Below are positions 58,745 through 64,000 of a DNA stretch of 64,000 nt, one piece after another. This DNA comes from Lingula anatina. Taxonomy: Eukaryota; Animalia; Brachiopoda. Below the pieces are notes generated by a model. The model worked only from the letters and a program-made list of their open reading frames with translations. It was not told the DNA's origin and made no database searches. A program made the translations under genes and the position numbers. Every line of letters starts with the position of its first letter. Within the stretch, counting starts at the first letter, position 1. Location: contig CM120643.1 in NCBI GenBank assembly GCA_051362555.1, positions 620,001-684,000 of the forward strand, read 5' to 3'.

Positions 58745-61700
58745 CTATTCATTCTCTGAAAAAGAAGAGAACAAATGTTAAAGTTTCATACCAATTTGTA
58801 CACAGAGTTAGTAGCAGTTGTGGTTATCAGCTGTAAATAATGTTGTTGGGGTTTTGATGGAAGATGACAGGAAGTTACTGATAGTAGTCTTTCCTGAAGC
58901 AAGGAGAATCCCTTGACCTAGTAAATAGAAGGCAAATTAATACCGCTTTCTGAAGTTGTTATGTATAACATACAAGCTTTGGCTAAGCTTTTACAGTAAG
59001 CATGGTGGTAAATCTGAAACAGTATAAACCACCCCCTAGGTTAGACAACCATATTGAACTGATTAAGCCTGTCAGGTGTTCTATTTTTTAAGTACTTTAT
59101 TTTATAAAACCAAGCTTCAGGTGGATATTAAAAGGTTTACAGACTGACTGACATGGTCAACTAGAGCTTTTGTGGTCTGTAAACCAATAAGTGTTGAGTT
59201 GGTTCTAAACTTAATGTGACTCATATCCTTTATAAAGTGTTTTCAGGATGAAAATTTACACAATGATATCAAATACTAATGTAAAGGGAGAGAGCTCTTC
59301 CATCAAGTTATTCCACTGTCATGTTGATAGTATCAATGGAGCATAGAGAAATTACTCTCTTCCAAAATCAAAACAGAGTACTGGTATTTAATGCACTTAA
59401 TCACCAAAAATAATAGTGTGAAAAACATGAGAAAAAAACCTACAAAGTAATTTGACTTTGACAACCACAAAATCAACATCAGAATTTATATTCATTAAAC
59501 AAATCAAAGAAATTTTCAATACTTTTCATTGATAATTAAAAAAAAAAAATGAAATTCACTTGTACACATTCATTTACATGCACTAAGAAATAACTGTCTT
59601 CATGCACTGGTGCTAAAAACAAAAGTTATCTATATTCCAATGTTATAATTACTTCATGACTGAAGGATTAGTTAAAACAATTTCATATAAAGCTCAGGCA
59701 TAAGAAAGCAGATTAACATATTATGCAATATTACACATATCTAAGTGTAAAACCCTAGAAAAATGATAAAATAAGGCTTTTTATAAACAGAAAAGTATAG
59801 TCAAATGTATGAACTATGCTGACAATAAAACTTAACAGATTTAACTGAAAATAACATTGAAAGGCACATCATATAGTAAACAAATAAACATTCCAAACTG
59901 AAAGGAATGCATCAAATACGTTTCTCAATTTCTACAAGATTTTACAAACATTTCAGACACATGTGCACAGTTGCCATGCTCAATCTTCACGTAATTCTTC
60001 TCAAATATAATCCTTCAAAAACTTCTCATGAGCTGCACAATGTAAAATCTTTATATCAAGTAATGATTTTAATGTTGCAGCTTGGCATCTGAAAAGGTGC
60101 ACAATACAGGGTACAACCTCCTATGTTGTCTTATTGAGCAAAACCTTATTAGTCTAGAATCAGTGCTTTCAGGGGAATAGGGAGACGACTCAGTATATTT
60201 TTCTCTGTTGAAGTGTACAAGCAATTTTGGTGTGCTATACAATAACACACAAGGAAGTTGAGCCCTGTACTGTATCACGTTGACATAAACTGTTCTTGTT
60301 ATGCCTTCCACCTGCTAGATTAAGCACAGCGACCAATATCTCTAACACAGCCATTCAAGGTAATTTTTCTATCACCCACTGGTTTAAGATAATCAGTGAC
60401 ACACTGGTTTTATCAACCAATATCTCTCACACATCTAATTTAAGGTAATTTTCCTATGAACTCCTGCTCTTAAACTATCAGTCACAGTGACACACTGGCG
60501 TCAGCAAACACTGACATGCAACTGACATGTCGCTGACATGCAAAGAACTGTCATAGGCTCACAAGAAAAGCATGGCATAATACACAATAAATTACCAGGT
60601 ACCTATCCAATGTCTGGGTGTGTACTGCAAATTACTCTCCATTAGCTACAAGAAAATTGTATTAAAATATAAATTACAAGGAAAACAAAACAAAATCTTA
60701 AGGTGCAATTACATTTAAGTTGTTTTGACTTTTCTCTATGCAACCCTGGTCTGCTGACACAGATATTAACTGAAAGCCCTGTTTTCCTTTGCTCTACCCT
60801 GAGGATGTTGAATACTCATTCTACTGAATTACAAGAGCCCATGGATTGTGCAGCCCCAAAAAGGGTTGAGCCAACTTGGTTGAAAACACGCCTTTAAATG
60901 ACAGTCAACAAGTAAAAGAGCTGTAATTAAGAGACAGGGAAAATTTTACAAGCAATGCTGAGATATTCTACTCCCACTACAGGTTTTGGAATTGATTTAA
61001 TAACTGGCCAGTTACTGCTACAGTTGTCAAGACTGAAAATAACTGATTAATCTGAAAATATGAAATTTAAAAGAATTATTCTTTTTTAAAAATATAAAAA
61101 ATAACAGATGTTTAATCAAGAAACAAACATTAACTGCAGATTTACAATCTTTACCTTAAGACAATAAGCAGCTAAAATATCAACATCTTTTTAACCTTCA
61201 GAGTATGACAGAAAAAATGATGTAAAACAACAGCTCTTGATAGTGAAAAAAGTGTAAATTAAAACTTTCAATGGTATTTTCCCCATTTTTTTGTCCATTA
61301 CTTGATTACACTTGTCTACCAAACAGTCACAGCTGTGGAACACTCAGGAGTTTTCTAGTAGCCCTTTCCAAACCCCAATACTTACTAACAGCCTTTCCGT
61401 CCTTCCATTTGATATGACGTATAGATTTCTCATCTCTTTTTATTGCCTCAACTCTGAGTTCTGGTTTAAGGCAGGCCCTAATTACTCTGGCACAGACTTG
61501 GGAATACTGAACATAGCTGTAACATATGACAGGAGAACTGGTTAAAATGTATATCTTGACAATATGACTGTGAAGCAGAGTTAGACATTGTGTCTGGGAA
61601 GCTATGAAAATTCATGATTTTACTTTATTAATGGGCATAAAACCAGATGCTTTTCATGCATCTTGCAAAAATGCGTCACAAGATTAGTGACCCCCAAGTT

Positions 61701-62008
61701 TATGCAAACGCTTTTCACCAGTAATGTAAGACAAAGGCTGAGAGATAAAATGACTCTTTTCATGGTTATCTTTAATTTGACCGATATACTTAAACAAAAC
61801 GAAGCAACATAAAAAGCAAAGAAAACATTTTCTATCATCTCCTCTGATAAATGCAGTGGTGCACCGGTTGCAAATTATTATGAAAATATCTTTGTGACAA
61901 CGCAATGACTGTTCACTTTTCTGTACTCAAACTGTGAACCATGTGAAGCGTGCTAGAAAAACATTATTTCACGACTTACTTCAGTCCTACATCACGCCAA
62001 AAAGGCAT
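58745..62008 (-). CDS. ATP5F1E: Mitochondrial ATP synthase F1 subunit epsilon (56 aa)
   Basis: Exons 61980-62008, 61386-61516, 58745-58755: MPFWRDVGLNYVQYSQVCARVIRACLKPELRVEAIKRDEKSIRHIKWKDGKAVKNE*. Carries the WRxxGLxYxxYSxxCAxxxRxxLK signature. Both donors are GTAAGT. Absent from the ORF track. Confidence 0.92.
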
Positions 62009-62721
62009 TTTGAAGATATTTGCTAACACTAGGCAAGCACACACAACCAATATGTCTGCTTTTAGTAATATCCCAGCGTTCCACATTTCTTAAAATTAGT
62101 TTATTTAAGAGAATTCCACAGAAACTCCTCTTTTGTAACTTATAAACTTATACATAACGCGTAAGGAGTGAATATTGTGTAGAAAGCCATTAAAATGTGT
62201 GCAATTTTGACAATTTTGCGAATCACAGCAACTTAACCTTGACCTTTCTAATTAGGTCAACTGGAGAGGCACTGATCAGCTGAAGAGGTCTTATCGTGCA
62301 AGTGTCAATGTCCATTTCTCCACTTACTGTTTACGCTTAATCGGTTTTAGCTTTGATATTAAAGTGTATGTCTCAGACCAATATTATAATTGTAATGCTA
62401 TAATATTTGAGAGTTGTTTATAGTAATATAACGATTTTTACTGCACTGTCACTAGAACTTAAAAGTTAAATATGGCAACTCGGACAATGCTTGTTGCTCA
62501 GATATTTGATTGTGATAACTGTTATGGATAAGCTTTTTACAAGAAATTTACTTTATCCATATTAATCACTTTTGTTGTAGCATAAACTGAGCTCTCATGA
62601 ATGCCTGAACAAATATTTCTGATCTGAGTAAATTGAGAAATACATGCACATGCAAAGTTTATTTATAAATACTTACACATTTACATTGTACATGTATTCT
62701 AAGACTTGAAAAATACCAGGA

Positions 62722-64000
62722 ATGGAAAAGCCAAAAGATGATACCACAGAAACTACTGCTCCAATGATAAGATCTTCTCAGCTGACACGCTCATCACACA
62801 TTTCACGGTCTTCAAACATTTCACGCTCCACTGCGGGGTCACTGACGCCATCTTGGCGGTCAAGCAGCGTCCAGAAACTAGAGACTGCTGCAGCCACAAT
62901 AACTTTTACTACGGGAGATGACGATGATGATGATGACAGTGAAGAGTCTGATTCAGAATTAGAGGAAAGTTTTAAGAAGGAAAGGGACATCTCTGGTGTA
63001 TCTAGTCAACCCATGGTCTTGACAAGACAACAATGTGATGAAAGTTCACCAAAAAGTGACAAGAAAAATCATGGGAGTTCATTTACTGCAGATGTAGACC
63101 AGTGTTCTCAGGCATTGCCTAGGAGTGCAGGAGCAATTACAGGGAGTGCAGAGGCAATTGTGTCAGGTTCTCAAGAGGAGCAGCCAATTCTGCAAAGAAA
63201 GGAACAAGATGCAAATGAAGATGGTGCTAACACTGATAATCACAGAAGAAAGACTGTGGAAGGTCTTGATACTGACAGCCATATAGATCAAATGAAAACT
63301 GATTCCTCACAGCCTGCTGAACAAAATAATTCCACAATAGCTGACAATGCTTGTAAACACGTTCCACAGCCACAAGATAAAGTACCAAGAGATGAAGGCA
63401 GTGGTCAGTTTGTGGCTCAAGTGACTGTTGACCAGGGTCCAGCTTGTCAGGAGGAGTATGCTCCAAGTCCAGGGACGTGTGACACTGGTGCTACAAGTGA
63501 CACTTTGACATCTGACATGAGTGACCCCAGTCATGTGACAGGTGTTGAAAGATGTGGGACATTACTTGAACCAACACTGATGCATTCCACTGAAAATAGT
63601 CATAAATCCATTGAACAAAGTGAAAGATACCAAGGTGCTTTATCTGAACATGAAAAAGATATTCAGACCAATAATTCCACCAGGATACTTGAAAGTGATA
63701 TTAATCGGCCACACAATAAAAACATCACAGAAAAAAGTGAGGTATTTATTGAAAATAAAAGTGTTAACTTTGATGAGCAGTGGGGGTCAGGTTTGGATGC
63801 TTGTCTCCCCTCACCATCTCATAGGGACAGTGCTTTCACTGCCATTGGGGAAGACCCAGAAACCACAGCCCCAAAACAAAGAACTGACTCGACCTACCTT
63901 GAAGATGGTCTTTTGGAATCTGGTTTACCATCTTCACGCCCCCAAATTTCTGGTCAAGATCATGTCATGCAGGCACAAAATTTCACGGAGAACTCAGTTA
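62722..64000 (+). CDS. Unidentified acidic, Ser/Thr-rich, probably disordered protein; large exon, 3'-partial
   Basis: Hand translation from ATG 62722 gives 426 codons without a stop to the window end (MEKPKDDTTETTAPMIRSSQLTRSSHISRSSNISRS...GDDDDDDDSEESDSELEE...). Head-to-head with ATP5F1E. Confidence 0.8.
   Translation, partial: MEKPKDDTTETTAPMIRSSQLTRSSHISRSSNISRSTAGSLTPSWRSSSVQKLETAAATITFTTGDDDDDDDSEESDSELEESFKKERDISGVSSQPMVLTRQQCDESSPKSDKKNHGSSFTADVDQCSQALPRSAGAITGSAEAIVSGSQEEQPILQRKEQDANEDGANTDNHRRKTVEGLDTDSHIDQMKTDSSQPAEQNNSTIADNACKHVPQPQDKVPRDEGSGQFVAQVTVDQGPACQEEYAPSPGTCDTGATSDTLTSDMSDPSHVTGVERCGTLLEPTLMHSTENSHKSIEQSERYQGALSEHEKDIQTNNSTRILESDINRPHNKNITEKSEVFIENKSVNFDEQWGSGLDACLPSPSHRDSAFTAIGEDPETTAPKQRTDSTYLEDGLLESGLPSSRPQISGQDHVMQAQNFTENSV

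Noticed and set aside
60069-60311. 80-aa minus-strand ORF after an AG acceptor
   Set aside because: It lies inside ATP5F1E, downstream of a candidate stop-containing exon. More likely UTR or intron; no recognisable domain.

Overview
Eukaryotic, intron-rich and AT-rich invertebrate DNA; a lophotrochozoan/mollusc source is inferred only from repeat style. Hand splicing gives this order: 3' half of AKTIP (+); BPHL (-); a small unidentified multi-exon gene (-) whose exons are also phase-compatible with BPHL; five near-identical 4-exon beta-tubulin genes (one inverted, four tandem on +); PSMG4 (+); ATP5F1E (-); and the 5' part of a long acidic low-complexity ORF (+) that runs off the window. Mobile DNA includes a full-length Gypsy LTR retrotransposon nested in a degenerate hAT element with a 6-bp TSD, a TTAA-flanked Kolobok-type transposon with an open transposase ORF inside a tubulin intron, two non-autonomous Helitron/Helentron elements and many MITEs. 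The most notable signal is the BPHL-TUBB-PSMG4-ATP5F1E neighbourhood. It joins gene neighbours that humans carry at separate beta-tubulin loci (6p25 and 20q13), and the tubulin array itself shows patchwork homogenisation with copy-specific residues at functional sites. All gene identifications are by recalled motif similarity; no searches were run.
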